A stretch of 64,000 nucleotides of DNA from Candidatus Poribacteria bacterium (GCA_965242965.1 OZ251518.1:4768001-4832000); one strand, 5' to 3'; positions 19,507-30,433 are shown, counted from the stretch's first letter. Translations and numbers: made by a program. Notes: generated from the letters alone by a model not told the origin.

Positions 19507-20625
19507 TCACACGGCGATGGCGTGCTTCCGCAAAACCTCATCGTTCAACGTAACGCCGAGCCCCGGCTTCGTTGAGGGAATGATATACCCATTTTCCCAC
19601 TGCAAGGGCTCCTGCAGAATTTCGGCGTGGAAGCCGTCCCACTTATGGATGCCCTCCTGAATCAGGAAATTAGGGCTACAGACATCAAGTTGGATGTTCG
19701 CCGCGCCGCCGATAGGACCGCCGTAGAGATGCGGCGCGATCTGCGCATAGTGCGCCTCACCCATCGCCGCAATCTTCTTCGCCTCAAGGATGCCGCCCGT
19801 TATCGTCAGATCCATCTGCAAAATAGAGGCGGCTTGTTGTTCCAATAAATCAACGAACTCATACTTCGTGAGCAACCGTTCGCCGGTGGCAATCGGGATG
19901 CTGGTAGACTGCGCCACGCGCGCCATCTCCTTGACATTCTCCGGCGGCACCGGCTCTTCAAACCAGAGCGGTTCGTAGGGTTCAACGCGTTTGGCAAAAC
20001 GGATGGCACTGTTCGTGTTGAATTGCCCGTGCGTTCCGATGAGAATATCGCACCTATCGCCGACGGCATCGCGGATAGCACGGACAACACTTTCGGCGTA
20101 GTTGAGCGTCTCCAATCTATCCACGGCGCGCGCATCCACCGGGTCGAATTTCACAGCGGTGAACCCTTTTTCTACGTAAGCGAGCGCGAGTTCCGCTGTT
20201 TTTTCGGGAGAATCGCCGCGCCGCCATTCTAGCAAATAGGAATAGGCGCGCAGTTTTTCATGGAATACGCCGCCGAGGAGATTGTAAATCGGCTGGTTCA
20301 CCGCCTTGCCGACGATGTCCCAGCACGCCATCTCAATCGCGCTCATCGCGGGAGTCGTCAGTGGGCCGGCGTGGCGCACAGCCGGTCCTTCGTAAAGCGT
20401 ATGCCAGATCTTTTCAATCTGAAACGGATCTGCGCCGATGAGGAAGCGTTCTCCCCAATCCTTGATTAACGCGACGACGACGTGGTTGAGTTGCGTGTGA
20501 TAGGTGCATTCGCCCGCGCCTTCAATCCCCTCATCAGTGATGAGTTTGACGAAAATCCAGCGTCTGCCGCCCCAGTGCGGCGGCGGCACGTCAACGAGAT
20601 ATGTTTGGACTTCAACAATTTTCAT
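19507..20625 (-). CDS. mandelate racemase/muconate lactonizing enzyme family dehydratase
   Basis: FVKLITDEGIEG.GE, SAIEMACWDIVGK, KFD, WFEEPVP, IATGERL, APH. Confidence 0.92.
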   Translation of the reverse strand: MKIVEVQTYLVDVPPPHWGGRRWIFVKLITDEGIEGAGECTYHTQLNHVVVALIKDWGERFLIGADPFQIEKIWHTLYEGPAVRHAGPLTTPAMSAIEMACWDIVGKAVNQPIYNLLGGVFHEKLRAYSYLLEWRRGDSPEKTAELALAYVEKGFTAVKFDPVDARAVDRLETLNYAESVVRAIRDAVGDRCDILIGTHGQFNTNSAIRFAKRVEPYEPLWFEEPVPPENVKEMARVAQSTSIPIATGERLLTKYEFVDLLEQQAASILQMDLTITGGILEAKKIAAMGEAHYAQIAPHLYGGPIGGAANIQLDVCSPNFLIQEGIHKWDGFHAEILQEPLQWENGYIIPSTKPGLGVTLNDEVLRKHAIAV

Positions 20626-20649
20626 GGGGTTTTCTCCTTGCTTGTCCTA

Positions 20650-20896
20650 CAGGCGTGGCGAGGGACAGGCCCGCGCCCTACGATGCGTTTCCAATAGGCA
20701 TGGCGAGGGACAGGCCCGCGCCCTACGAGGTTTAAAGCGGCGTGGTGTGGGACAGGCACTCGCTATGCGATGCGTTTCCAATAGGCATGGCGAGGGACAG
20801 GCCCTCGCCCTACGATGCGTTAAAGCGGCGTGGTGAGGGACAGGCACTCACCCTACGATATGTTTCCCCCGTAGGAGAGACCTCCCGGTCTCGATG
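20650..20896. repeat. tandem GTAG-REP cluster
   Basis: Five GGCGAGGGACAGGCCC(T/G)CGCCCTACG-type units plus GTAGGAGAGACCTCCCGGTCTCGAT. Confidence 0.85.
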
Positions 20897-20939
20897 GGAT
20901 TCCTATGACAGATCCTCGCACTACGAGGTTTAAGATTTC

Positions 20940-23141
20940 TTACGGATTCCACCAATACGTCACCTTCGCGACAAGCGTCGTATCGCGCAAGCCGCTTGAC
21001 AAACTCTCCGTACCGTATGTTTGGTTGAAAACGAAGTAGAAATCGCTGCCGGGCCGATAGATATAGTTGATTAAGAAATTCGCTGTCACCAGTTCTCTGT
21101 CGCTGCTCCACTGCAGATAGAGTTTAGCGAACATGTCTGTAGAAAACGAATAGACTACGCGGCCGCCGAAGATGTTCGTATTGAACGTGCCTTGCTGCAG
21201 CAGGATGCGGTTAAATTCGTAGCGCGGCTCAAGGCTGAAACGTCCCGTCGGCCGAAAGTCAACCCGAAGATCGAATCCGCGACGCGAGCCATCGTAGAAA
21301 TCGCCGAAGTTCAGCGATAGCCGTCCGGTAAACCTCTGGTTTCCTTCCGCATTCAGCGTGAGGCTGTAGTTAGTATAGTGATATTCGCCCGGCGGGATGA
21401 TAACGCCATCTCGGATCTCAAAATCCTCGTCAAGGAACTCAAATTCTCTGCGGATGCGAACGCCGCCCCAGCCGCCCTGTTCCAATTCCAGCCATGTGCT
21501 CCAGATGAATGTCCGCGTTTCCAGTTGATTGTCTGCATTGAGGATAACATCAATCTCCGGTCCAATCCACAACCGCCGGAGCCCGTACCAATGAAGGTAA
21601 GGCGTGCCGCGGGCCTCCGCCCGAAGCCAGCGCGCGCCCGCGCGTTGCACATAGCCGACTTCCGGGTTAAAATCCTCTCCGATGTCCGTGTAGGAGGCGT
21701 TCAGCCGTGCGACGTTGCTTTGCCAATTTCCGCCGAAATACCAAGCGTTCGGACTAGGCGTATTGCGCCCGGTAACCGCATCGGTGCTTTCAAATGTGCG
21801 CGCCCATAATCCACGAAAATTCATCTTATCGGTAGGCCGATAGACGAAATCCACGCCGGTCGCGCTGTTCTGGATGTCAGCACCGCCTTTATGAATCGCT
21901 ATCATGCCGAGACTCGATCCAGTAAAAAGGTCGCGTTTCACGCGTAGCACCGAATAATTAGTCCGCGGAACGTCCACGGCATCTACATCTTCTGTCGCCG
22001 CCGCTGCATATTTATCGGTGAGGACGTTCAGAAACCCGACACCGTAGTTGCCCATCTTGCCGGTAACTTTTCCGCCTGTGAGGATGGGGATGGCGTGCTC
22101 TTCCGCAATGCCGATGCGGCGGCTGTAGAAAAGCAGCAACGGCGGCGGCGCGTTGAAACTGGTGCGCGGAATGCCGAAATCAAAGATGCCGGCACCTTCC
22201 AAGAAAAACTGGCGTTTTTCAGGAAAAAAGAGGCTAAACCGCGTTAAGTTCGCCTGCTCCTGGTCTGCTTCAACTTGCGCGAAATCGGTATTCACCGTGA
22301 GATCTGCCGTTAAATTGGAGGTGAGGCTAATCTTCGCGTCCGCGCCCAAATCCAGCACGCTGTCTGTGCCATCGGTATCTGTGCGTCTCACACCGGGCAG
22401 TAGATAGGGGAGGAACTCGATGTTTCGCCGGGTTGAGATTCCTGAGAGTCCCGTGAGTTTGCCGAGGTTAGTCGTGCGATAGCGCGCCCGCCAATTATAC
22501 GCCGCTGGCACGGGTGCCCAGGTTCCCTCCTCCTGATTTTTCGGCAAGGCGCGCCCGACGTTGAGCCCCCATTCCAGTGTATCTCCCGCCTTAAACCGAA
22601 GTTGGCTGATCGGAATTGCTATTTCTGCTGTCCAATTATCGGCGTTGATTTTCGCTTTGGCATCCCAGACAGCGTTCCAGTTTTCGTTTCGGCTGTCGCC
22701 GCTATCCATGATTGCCACATCTTCGCGTGAGCCGAGAGGGTTGACCCGGAAAAAGAACCCACTACGCCTGTCGTTGTAAGTGTCTAACAGGACGAAGACA
22801 TTGTCATTATCCCACAACATCGTATCGCGGCGCATCTTATTAGCGATAATTTTCGCAGGTTCGGATTCGCTGCAGAGGAACCCGAAATAGAGGTGTTTCG
22901 CATCGTAAAGGACTCGCACCTCTGTCGGTTCAGTCAGCGGCGCGCCTTCATCGGGTTCAAATTGCGTGAACTGCCGAATCGGCATCGCGTGCTGCCAATC
23001 CTCTTCCGAAAGTTCTCCATCAATTTCAACGCTTTGATAGGTGCGGTAGGGGCTCACTTCGCGTTCCGCCGCCGCGCAGACAGTGCCACTCCCGATGCAA
23101 AGAAGAATAAAAAACGTGAGGTATCTACAAAAGTCATCCAT
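20940..23141 (-). CDS. CBM9-like + DUF5916 outer-membrane protein
   Basis: Signal peptide, IDGELSEEDW, DLTVNTDFAQVEAD, RFSLFFPEKRQFFLEG, LFYSRRIG, beta-strand C-terminus ending KVTYWWNP. Confidence 0.85.
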   Translation of the reverse strand: MDDFCRYLTFFILLCIGSGTVCAAAEREVSPYRTYQSVEIDGELSEEDWQHAMPIRQFTQFEPDEGAPLTEPTEVRVLYDAKHLYFGFLCSESEPAKIIANKMRRDTMLWDNDNVFVLLDTYNDRRSGFFFRVNPLGSREDVAIMDSGDSRNENWNAVWDAKAKINADNWTAEIAIPISQLRFKAGDTLEWGLNVGRALPKNQEEGTWAPVPAAYNWRARYRTTNLGKLTGLSGISTRRNIEFLPYLLPGVRRTDTDGTDSVLDLGADAKISLTSNLTADLTVNTDFAQVEADQEQANLTRFSLFFPEKRQFFLEGAGIFDFGIPRTSFNAPPPLLLFYSRRIGIAEEHAIPILTGGKVTGKMGNYGVGFLNVLTDKYAAAATEDVDAVDVPRTNYSVLRVKRDLFTGSSLGMIAIHKGGADIQNSATGVDFVYRPTDKMNFRGLWARTFESTDAVTGRNTPSPNAWYFGGNWQSNVARLNASYTDIGEDFNPEVGYVQRAGARWLRAEARGTPYLHWYGLRRLWIGPEIDVILNADNQLETRTFIWSTWLELEQGGWGGVRIRREFEFLDEDFEIRDGVIIPPGEYHYTNYSLTLNAEGNQRFTGRLSLNFGDFYDGSRRGFDLRVDFRPTGRFSLEPRYEFNRILLQQGTFNTNIFGGRVVYSFSTDMFAKLYLQWSSDRELVTANFLINYIYRPGSDFYFVFNQTYGTESLSSGLRDTTLVAKVTYWWNP

Positions 23142-23269
23142 GATACGCAAAACCTTAGGACTTATCAAGATGGGTATTTTGAAAGTTAATGATATGATAC
23201 CAGATTTTGCAAATTTTTACACGTTTAAAGACAGACCGCGCGCGATGGTGTTTAGCAAGGTTCCTGCTA

Positions 23270-23492
23270 CCGTAGGGCGAGGGCCTGTCCCTCGCCGTGC
23301 AGCAATCACCGTAGGGCGAGGGCCTGTCCCTCGCCATGCCGCGATTTTAACAGAAAACGTCTGTCATCTCTGTCTGCCGGGCGTTTTCTGTCACGTTTGG
23401 AAGATCGCGGGGGACAGGCCCCCGCGCTACGAAAAAAAGAGGTCTTTTCTGTCGCCGATGAAAAATCGCGGGGGACAGGCCCCCGCGCTACG
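23270..23492. repeat. GTAG-REP cluster (inverted pairs)
   Basis: Two CGTAGGGCGAGGGCCTGTCCCTCGCC units and two ATCGCGGGGGACAGGCCCCCGCGCTACG units. Confidence 0.85.
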
Positions 23493-23605
23493 AAAAAAAG
23501 AAGCTTTTTCGTTTAACGTGAACAATTTTTCCCTTGACAAAAACCGGAAAAATAACAAAATTTATCCGCTGATGACAACTTTTTACTAGAAGGAGCGAAC
23601 GGAGC

Positions 23606-24721
23606 ATGTTTAACAAAATCCTGATAGCCTGCGGGTTTGGCATCGTGGTAATGGGAATTGGGATATTTTATTTTCTTACCCAACCCACGGGACAGCGAGG
23701 AATTCCCGCCGAGGCGAAAGCCTTACTTGATAAAATTTACGCCTATTCAGGCACACTCACACTAGAGGAGCAAAGGCAATTTTCTGAATTTCCTTCAATG
23801 TTGGAAGCGATAGATTCGCGTCACCCTCTTCCCAAAAGTGAATTAACCCGGTTAGAGGCGCACTTCCGTGAAGTCTATAGAGACAATCCGGAACTGATGG
23901 CCGCGGGGCATTTACATGGCCACGGCTCGGCTTCCGGGACAAGCAAGCGTGCCATCGGCATCCGGCGATTGATTTCGAAGATTGAAGAAATGGCGTATTC
24001 AGCAGAGAGTAAAGCCATCCTGGTCCGCCAATTGGAAAAACTCTATGCAGCAGCCAACGATGAGCCGCTACAGCAGAAGTTAAATAGACTCCTCTTGGAA
24101 TCTTTGAATGCCCACCCCGAGAATTTCGTCGGATTAGACTACGATGCGAATACAGGACGGGTTTTGAGGCTCTATCGAGACACCGTCTACCTCTATAAAA
24201 CCCGTATTTACGAACCAGATGGGAGTGTCCGGGTGGAAGTCACCGGGAGTCGCAGTTCTCTTGATGAAGAACTTCAAGCGAGTTTTGATGAGTATTTTGA
24301 AAAACTCCAAACGCATCACTTGAACAGCGATGTCCCGCTATCTCCGCCCTCAAATTTACGCATTATTGAGATATACACAGATACGCTGCCCGAGAACGCG
24401 ATCTTAAAGGCAATAGAGGCAGGCGTAGATGAATTGCCCGAAGATTCCCGACAAGGAAAACTTTATGTCGTTGATGACCAGGGGCAAGAACGGGAGTATG
24501 AACCTGAAATGTCCGTGCCTGCAACCATCCGCGAGGAAACAGGCGTGGAAAACAACGACACACCGGAATCCACGACAGAAATCACTCAATTTTTAGAGCA
24601 GCTCACCAACGAAGAGATCGAGAGACTCTTAGAAAAGAGTGACGAGGAGTTAGAAGCCGAACTTGAAAGGTATTTCACGCCAGAGGTTGAGCAACGCCGC
24701 CGGAAACAACGAGGGGACTAA
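23606..24721 (+). CDS. hypothetical membrane-anchored or exported protein
   Basis: AAGGAG RBS, N-terminal hydrophobic helix, acidic C-terminus. Confidence 0.75.
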   Translation: MFNKILIACGFGIVVMGIGIFYFLTQPTGQRGIPAEAKALLDKIYAYSGTLTLEEQRQFSEFPSMLEAIDSRHPLPKSELTRLEAHFREVYRDNPELMAAGHLHGHGSASGTSKRAIGIRRLISKIEEMAYSAESKAILVRQLEKLYAAANDEPLQQKLNRLLLESLNAHPENFVGLDYDANTGRVLRLYRDTVYLYKTRIYEPDGSVRVEVTGSRSSLDEELQASFDEYFEKLQTHHLNSDVPLSPPSNLRIIEIYTDTLPENAILKAIEAGVDELPEDSRQGKLYVVDDQGQEREYEPEMSVPATIREETGVENNDTPESTTEITQFLEQLTNEEIERLLEKSDEELEAELERYFTPEVEQRRRKQRGD

Positions 24722-24751
24722 ATTGCATTGTGTCGTTTTTCGATTGCACCG

Positions 24752-26029
24752 TTACAACCTATCCACCGTATACGCATCCAGCAACTCCTCATCAATTTCC
24801 ACCCCAAATCCCGGTTTCTCATCCAACGTGAAAAACCCATCGCGCGGGACGGGCCGCAATCGATGATACAACTCATTTTCAACGCCTTCGCGGGAAGGAC
24901 CGAATGTCTCCGCCATACACGACATCGGCAGACACGCAGTCAGATGCAACCCCCACGGTGTGCCTGCCTGATGGGGCCACGTCGGAATCCCGAGATCCGC
25001 CGCCTCACGCGCAATACGAAGGCACTCGGTGAAACCACCTGCCCAACTGACATCCGGCTGAATCATGTCTGCCGCTTTCCAGCGCAATAACTCGCGAAAG
25101 CCGTATCGCGTGAATTCATGCTCACCGGAAACAATCCATGTCGGTTGCACCTCTTGCACCAACTGCGCCATGCCGGCGTAGTCGTCAAGCGGAATAGGTT
25201 CCTCAATCCATTTGAGGCGCGCATCGGCTGTTGCCGCTGCAAACCGAAGCGTGTAGTTCACATCCCAGCGGAGATAGATGTCTGCCATCAATTCCACATC
25301 GGAACCGATAGCATCGCGAGCGGCGAAAATCTGCGCCACGTTCTCAGCGAAGCCGTGTTCTCCTTCGGCAAGCCCGTTGCGGAGAGGCAGTTTGCAAGCA
25401 GCGAAACCGTTCTCTGCGTAGTAGCCGACATCAGAGCCTGTGGCATAAGCGGGAATTTCAAGGCGCGGGGTATCGGTGAAAAGGCTGTAGACAGGCGCGT
25501 CAAGAATCTTACCACAGAGATCGACAAGAGCCAACTCTATGCCGCTGAGCGCATAGATAACCACGCCGCGCCGTCCGTAAATAGAACTGATATGATACAG
25601 GTGTTCCCAGAGAACCTCGACATCGAGCGGGTCGCGGCCGTGGACGAAGTGTTGGAGATGTTTTTCAATAATCATTGCCCCGGCGAGCCCGCCGCCGCCG
25701 AGCCCATAGCCTTTCAAGCCTTTATCGGTGGTGATTTCTACCATGAGCGCACCAGCTTGCGTTGCAAAAGGACCGCGCCAATCGACGTGGCGCAACGAAT
25801 TTGCAGCACGTAGCGCGGGGGCCTGTCCCCCGCGATCTTCCGCACGGGGTGAAGATTGGGGGTTATTGGAAGGCATCGAGACCGGGAGGTCGCGCCTACT
25901 CGCGAAGCCCATCGTGGACATGGCGCGTGGGTTCAGATTAATGTGCCACGTGCGGATGCCAGCGACGGTGTGTCGGGTTTTGGCGAGCGTTTTCCATTTA
26001 GCAGAGAGTAGGGTTTCGGTGGATTTCAT
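24752..26029 (-). CDS. enolase-superfamily dehydratase (L-rhamnonate dehydratase-like) with an in-frame REP insertion
   Basis: VEITTDKGLKGYG, YGRRG, PAYATG, CKLPL, LMAD, KWIEEP, GEHEFTRYGF, QPDVSWAGG. Confidence 0.88.
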   Translation of the reverse strand: MKSTETLLSAKWKTLAKTRHTVAGIRTWHINLNPRAMSTMGFASRRDLPVSMPSNNPQSSPRAEDRGGQAPALRAANSLRHVDWRGPFATQAGALMVEITTDKGLKGYGLGGGGLAGAMIIEKHLQHFVHGRDPLDVEVLWEHLYHISSIYGRRGVVIYALSGIELALVDLCGKILDAPVYSLFTDTPRLEIPAYATGSDVGYYAENGFAACKLPLRNGLAEGEHGFAENVAQIFAARDAIGSDVELMADIYLRWDVNYTLRFAAATADARLKWIEEPIPLDDYAGMAQLVQEVQPTWIVSGEHEFTRYGFRELLRWKAADMIQPDVSWAGGFTECLRIAREAADLGIPTWPHQAGTPWGLHLTACLPMSCMAETFGPSREGVENELYHRLRPVPRDGFFTLDEKPGFGVEIDEELLDAYTVDRL

Positions 26030-26139
26030 AAGTTGACATCTGATGTTGAGGTTTTGATGCTCATTTTACACACATTGTGTGCAAATGTCAAGTTAGGTTT
26101 CAAAATCTCTCGCCGCTAGCATCGTTTCTGGCGAAATTT

Positions 26140-26169
26140 TTGACATCAATTGCGAAATTAATGTATAAT
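26140..26169 (+). promoter_or_regulatory. sigma70 promoter
   Basis: TTGACA-N18-TATAAT. Confidence 0.7.
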
Positions 26170-26220
26170 AATAGCAGAAGCTTTCATCAGGAAATTCAGG
26201 ATTATCTACGGGGAGACTCC

Positions 26221-27387
26221 ATGAAAATCAGAGACATTCGCGCCATAGAAATCACGTTAAACCCGAAACCGAAGACACCCCCGCGCACACCGAGCCGCGC
26301 GGGGACGTTTCAACTCAATCGTCCTATTTCTCGCTATCAGACGCTTGATGGCGGGCAGCGTCATATTTCTTCGTCTGAATGGAAACGGCCCGCTTGCATT
26401 GTGACAGCCGAAGATGGGACGTGGGGATTCGGGCTTTCGCTTTACGGCGCGCCTGTGACCCGCATTATTGAAGACCACTTTGCCCCACATCTCATCGGGC
26501 AAAATGGCATGGCGACAGAGAAGTTATGGGATATGATGGTGCGCTTGTCAACAGCCTTCGGCGCGACCGGACTCACCAGTTACGCCATCAGTGCAGTCGA
26601 TTGCGCGCTCTGGGATCTCAAAGGCAAACTGCTCGGCAGACCGGTTTATGAACTGCTCGGCGGACCGCAAAAGGAGAAAATTTTCTGTTACGCCTCCGGC
26701 TTCGATCAAGAATGGTATATGGAACTCGGTTTCAAGGCGACAAAACTCTTTACTCCCTGGGGCCCTGAGCAAGGGCTCACGGGGTTAAGAAAACTTGAAT
26801 CTCTGGTTGCAAGCACACGCGAGACAATTGGACCGGATGTTGAACTTATGCTGGACGCTTGGACCGGGTTTGACGTGGAACACACCGTGCGCGTCGCCGA
26901 AACCATGAAACCTTACGGACTGAAGTGGGTTGAGGATTACATTCCCGCCGATGACTTTGTCGGCTATGAGACGACGCGGCAACGCATTCCGTGGCAAACG
27001 CTTGCGACAGGGGAACATTGGTATCTGCCGACAGTTTTCGCTGCAGCGGCAGGAAGACGACTCGTTGACATTTTCCAACCCGATGTTTTGTGGTGTGGCG
27101 GCATTACCGCCGCAGCCAAAATCTGTCACATCGCCGAGGCGAACGGCATCTCGGTGATTACGCACGCCGGCATGAATTATCCTTATGGACAACATCTTGC
27201 TATGGCGATGCCCGCGATTACGTGGGGCGAACGTTCCGAAGGCGTATCCGCGCCCGGTGTCCCGTTAGAAGAGATGGTGAAACTGCCCGGCACTTCTGTC
27301 ATCAAAGATGGATACGTCGCGCCTTCGGATGCCCCGGGCTTCGGGTTGGAAATCGATGCGGCGTGGATAGAAAACGCTATTTCGTAG
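26221..27387 (+). CDS. enolase-superfamily dehydratase (L-rhamnonate dehydratase-like)
   Basis: GGGAG RBS. AISAVDCALWDLKGK, GFKATKL, LMLD, KWVED, ATGEH, QPDVLWCGG. Confidence 0.9.
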   Translation: MKIRDIRAIEITLNPKPKTPPRTPSRAGTFQLNRPISRYQTLDGGQRHISSSEWKRPACIVTAEDGTWGFGLSLYGAPVTRIIEDHFAPHLIGQNGMATEKLWDMMVRLSTAFGATGLTSYAISAVDCALWDLKGKLLGRPVYELLGGPQKEKIFCYASGFDQEWYMELGFKATKLFTPWGPEQGLTGLRKLESLVASTRETIGPDVELMLDAWTGFDVEHTVRVAETMKPYGLKWVEDYIPADDFVGYETTRQRIPWQTLATGEHWYLPTVFAAAAGRRLVDIFQPDVLWCGGITAAAKICHIAEANGISVITHAGMNYPYGQHLAMAMPAITWGERSEGVSAPGVPLEEMVKLPGTSVIKDGYVAPSDAPGFGLEIDAAWIENAIS

Positions 27388-27415
27388 ATGTCGTAGATGT
27401 CGTAGACGTGCTGAT

Positions 27416-28111
27416 ATGGATTTGCATTACACCGACGTAGTCCCTTGGGGCCGTTCCTTCGAGGAATACCGCGATATGTTTAACCTGTCTACAGCGGAGC
27501 TCGCACTGAAAATCGCGGGTGTCGGCGACGGACCGGCTTCCTTCAACGTGCAGATGTATCAGCGCGGAACACCGATAATCTCCATCGATCCGATTTATCG
27601 GTTTTCCGTGCAGGAATTACGCGCGCGAATCAAGGCTACCTACGATGACGTTATCGCGCAGACGCGCGCGAATCAAGACAAATTCGTCTGGACTCACATC
27701 GCCTCTGTCGATGAACTGGCGAAACGCCGCATGCAGGCGATGCACCGGTTCTGCGAGGATTTTGAACGCGGAAAGCGGCAAGGAAGGTATGTCAACGCGG
27801 CACTGCCTAAACTCCCCTTTTCCGACGGACAGTTCGATCTCGCGTTATCGTCGCATTTTCTTTTCCTCTATTCGGATAACAGAGACTTGGCGTTTCATCT
27901 TGAATCTATACGAGAGCTCCTGCGGATAGCGGCGGAAGTGCGGATTTTTCCAGTGGTTGATTTCAATAGCGAACCTTCGCCGTTTTTATCGCCTGTGCTT
28001 GACGCGCTTGAAACAGATGGGATTCCCTGTGCTGTCGAGCAGGTCACGTATCACTTCCAGAAAACAGGAAATGAGATGCTCAGGTTAAAACACCGGTTCG
28101 CGGGGAAATAA
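27416..28111 (+). CDS. class I SAM-dependent methyltransferase
   Basis: VVPWGRSFEEY..MF, GDGPASF, SIDPIY, LPF.D..FDLALSSHFLFLYS, EVRIFP. Confidence 0.85.
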   Translation: MDLHYTDVVPWGRSFEEYRDMFNLSTAELALKIAGVGDGPASFNVQMYQRGTPIISIDPIYRFSVQELRARIKATYDDVIAQTRANQDKFVWTHIASVDELAKRRMQAMHRFCEDFERGKRQGRYVNAALPKLPFSDGQFDLALSSHFLFLYSDNRDLAFHLESIRELLRIAAEVRIFPVVDFNSEPSPFLSPVLDALETDGIPCAVEQVTYHFQKTGNEMLRLKHRFAGK

Positions 28112-28112
28112 C

Positions 28113-29066
28113 ATGGCTCTCAATTTTGTTGAGGCACTCTCAACCGACAATCTCTCGGCGATAACGGCGATTCCCAAAGCAGACTTGCACTGCCACGCCC
28201 TCTTCGGCACGCGCCTCGAAAATGTGGAACGTTGGTTGGGGCATCCGCTGACGAAACCACCGCCGAAAATGAACGGGTTGGAAGGAATGCTAGCGTATGC
28301 TAGGGAATTTTTACACCCGCATTTTCGGTGCCGTAGGGGATTTGAATTTGTGGCAACATCAGCCGTGCGCGACGCAATCCGTGATGGCGTTGTCATTTTT
28401 GAGATGAGTTTTGACATCCGCATCGCGGAATTTTATTCCGACGGTTTGGCAGGGCTGTGCGTGTTTATTGAGAATTTAGTTGACTGCCACAGAATGCAGA
28501 TAAACCTGCGTCCGGAACTCGGCTTCCCCCGGACGAGTGCGGACAACCGAGAGCATGTTGAATTGGCGCATCACGCGATAGAACTCGGGACATTTCACTC
28601 GCTCGATTTGTATGACGACGAAGCCGCCTGCTCTCCGGAAGCAGTGAAACCGTTGTATACGAAGGCACGCGATGCTGGCATGAAACTGAAAGCGCACGTC
28701 GGAGAGTTCGGCGGCGCGGCGGAAATTAGGCGCACCGTAGAACTCTTGAAATTGGATGAGGTTCAGCACGGCATTGGTGCTGCAGCGTCCGAGGAAGTCA
28801 TGCACTGGCTCGCCGAAAATGACATCCAATTGAACGTGTGTCCGACGAGCAATGTGATGTTGGATGCAGTGTCAGAGCTCGCCGTGCATCCCATCCGAGT
28901 TTTGTATGATAATGGCGTGCGAGTGAGCGTGAACACCGATGATCTGATGATATTCGGGCAGAGCGTCTCTGATGAGTATCGGAATCTTTACCGGGCGGGT
29001 GTTTTCAGCGCGCAAGAATTGGAGGAGATTCGGCGCGCGTCACTTAGAGAATACGTATCACCATAA
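28113..29066 (+). CDS. adenosine deaminase family protein
   Basis: PKADLHCH, AHVGE, QHG, CPTSN, SVNTDD. Confidence 0.88.
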   Translation: MALNFVEALSTDNLSAITAIPKADLHCHALFGTRLENVERWLGHPLTKPPPKMNGLEGMLAYAREFLHPHFRCRRGFEFVATSAVRDAIRDGVVIFEMSFDIRIAEFYSDGLAGLCVFIENLVDCHRMQINLRPELGFPRTSADNREHVELAHHAIELGTFHSLDLYDDEAACSPEAVKPLYTKARDAGMKLKAHVGEFGGAAEIRRTVELLKLDEVQHGIGAAASEEVMHWLAENDIQLNVCPTSNVMLDAVSELAVHPIRVLYDNGVRVSVNTDDLMIFGQSVSDEYRNLYRAGVFSAQELEEIRRASLREYVSP

Positions 29067-29293
29067 AAACGATTTCCCAATGCAGCCTGCGGGGCCGGAG
29101 ATTTGTATGTATGATACCAAACAAGAAGAGCGCGTTTCCGCTCTGTAGTCCGAACTCGCCAGAGTTTGACATGTCTTTCTGGGAGATTTTAATCTGGACA
29201 AGGCATAAATTATCGCCAGAATTCTCTTGCTATTTCCTAAACAATATGATAGACTCAACCTAATAGTTCAAAATCAACAAGGAGGCACGAACA

Positions 29294-30310
29294 ATGCGTT
29301 CTCAGTGTTCCTGTTCTGGGAATTCCTCAGAAAATCCGATTGTGAGGCTATCTCCGCGCAATGAAGAGACGATTTCGTTGCCGCACGTCTTCCGGTGGGC
29401 ACCGGTAGATAACGCTCACAACTATGTTCTCGTGATTAGCGAGATTCGGGGAAAGCAAGCCGTCTGTATCAAAGAGCCGCAGGAGCCGCGGAGCGTCCTA
29501 GAAGCGGCGGATGTAGCGGTGAATCGAAACTACCTCTGGCACCTTGAAGCGATGGACGAAGATGGCCAGACAATCGCTACGACGCAGGGCCCCTGCGGCA
29601 CCGAGATACGCACCTTTGCAGTTCCCAACTCCGATAAGCAAGGTAACGCTCCGCACGGCCGGCGGGTTCTCCTTGATTTCTCTCATCGCCAGTCAGACAT
29701 CAGGGGGCTCGGCGTGTATAACTTCTCGCAGCATACCGTATACACCCTCCTACAAAATAGCGGCTTTGAAGTTGGGAAAAACGCGGACAGAAAGTTGTCA
29801 ACCGCAATGCTTGATGGCTACGATATGCTAATTCTTCACGGCAAATACGCGGGTTCGCTTATTCCCTTTATTCCGAGTGAAGTTGCGGCAGTCACCGATT
29901 ACGTATCCGGCGGTGGAAACCTGTTTGTGCTGTGTTGGGGCAGCGGCGGTGGCGTTGATATGTCCGAACTGTATAACCCTTTGCTCAAGGAATTTGACAT
30001 TGAGTTGAAACCAATGCCGGAACCGCAATTTAGGAAGGCAGAACATCTTGCAGTAGAGATTTTCCAAGGTATCACCGAAATCGCACTACAGTGCCCCGCT
30101 GAAATCCTTGGAAATGGCTACGATGTACTGGCAGGTTCCGTAACCGGTAATCCGTTGTTAATCCGAAGAAACTACGGTAACGGGACGGTTTGGGTTTCCG
30201 CCATGGGCATGGCTTTTCAGGATGCATATATGGCTGGCACCAGTGAAAGTGCTGCTAACAATCGGAACGCTTTTACTGCATTAATGACACATGTTTTTGG
30301 GAATGGATAG
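29294..30310 (+). CDS. hypothetical protein with an Ig-like N-terminus and a class I GATase-like (DUF4350-like) domain
   Basis: AGGAGG RBS. VLLDFSH, L.GYDMLIL, E.AAVTDYVSGGGNLFVL, YGNGTV. Confidence 0.7.
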   Translation: MRSQCSCSGNSSENPIVRLSPRNEETISLPHVFRWAPVDNAHNYVLVISEIRGKQAVCIKEPQEPRSVLEAADVAVNRNYLWHLEAMDEDGQTIATTQGPCGTEIRTFAVPNSDKQGNAPHGRRVLLDFSHRQSDIRGLGVYNFSQHTVYTLLQNSGFEVGKNADRKLSTAMLDGYDMLILHGKYAGSLIPFIPSEVAAVTDYVSGGGNLFVLCWGSGGGVDMSELYNPLLKEFDIELKPMPEPQFRKAEHLAVEIFQGITEIALQCPAEILGNGYDVLAGSVTGNPLLIRRNYGNGTVWVSAMGMAFQDAYMAGTSESAANNRNAFTALMTHVFGNG

Positions 30311-30433
30311 GGCGGTGCCAGCACACCGACAGAGTTGGCAGCCTACATCCACACTGTTTTCGCTCCGTGGGAGCGGCGCAGGTAAATCGGGAGTATCTGC
30401 GAAGTTGCGGCTATTGAACGGAGGCACACAACG

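Noticed and set aside
27383-27408. TCGTAGATG triple 9-mer
   Set aside because: A short slippage duplication at a stop codon with no evidence of function.
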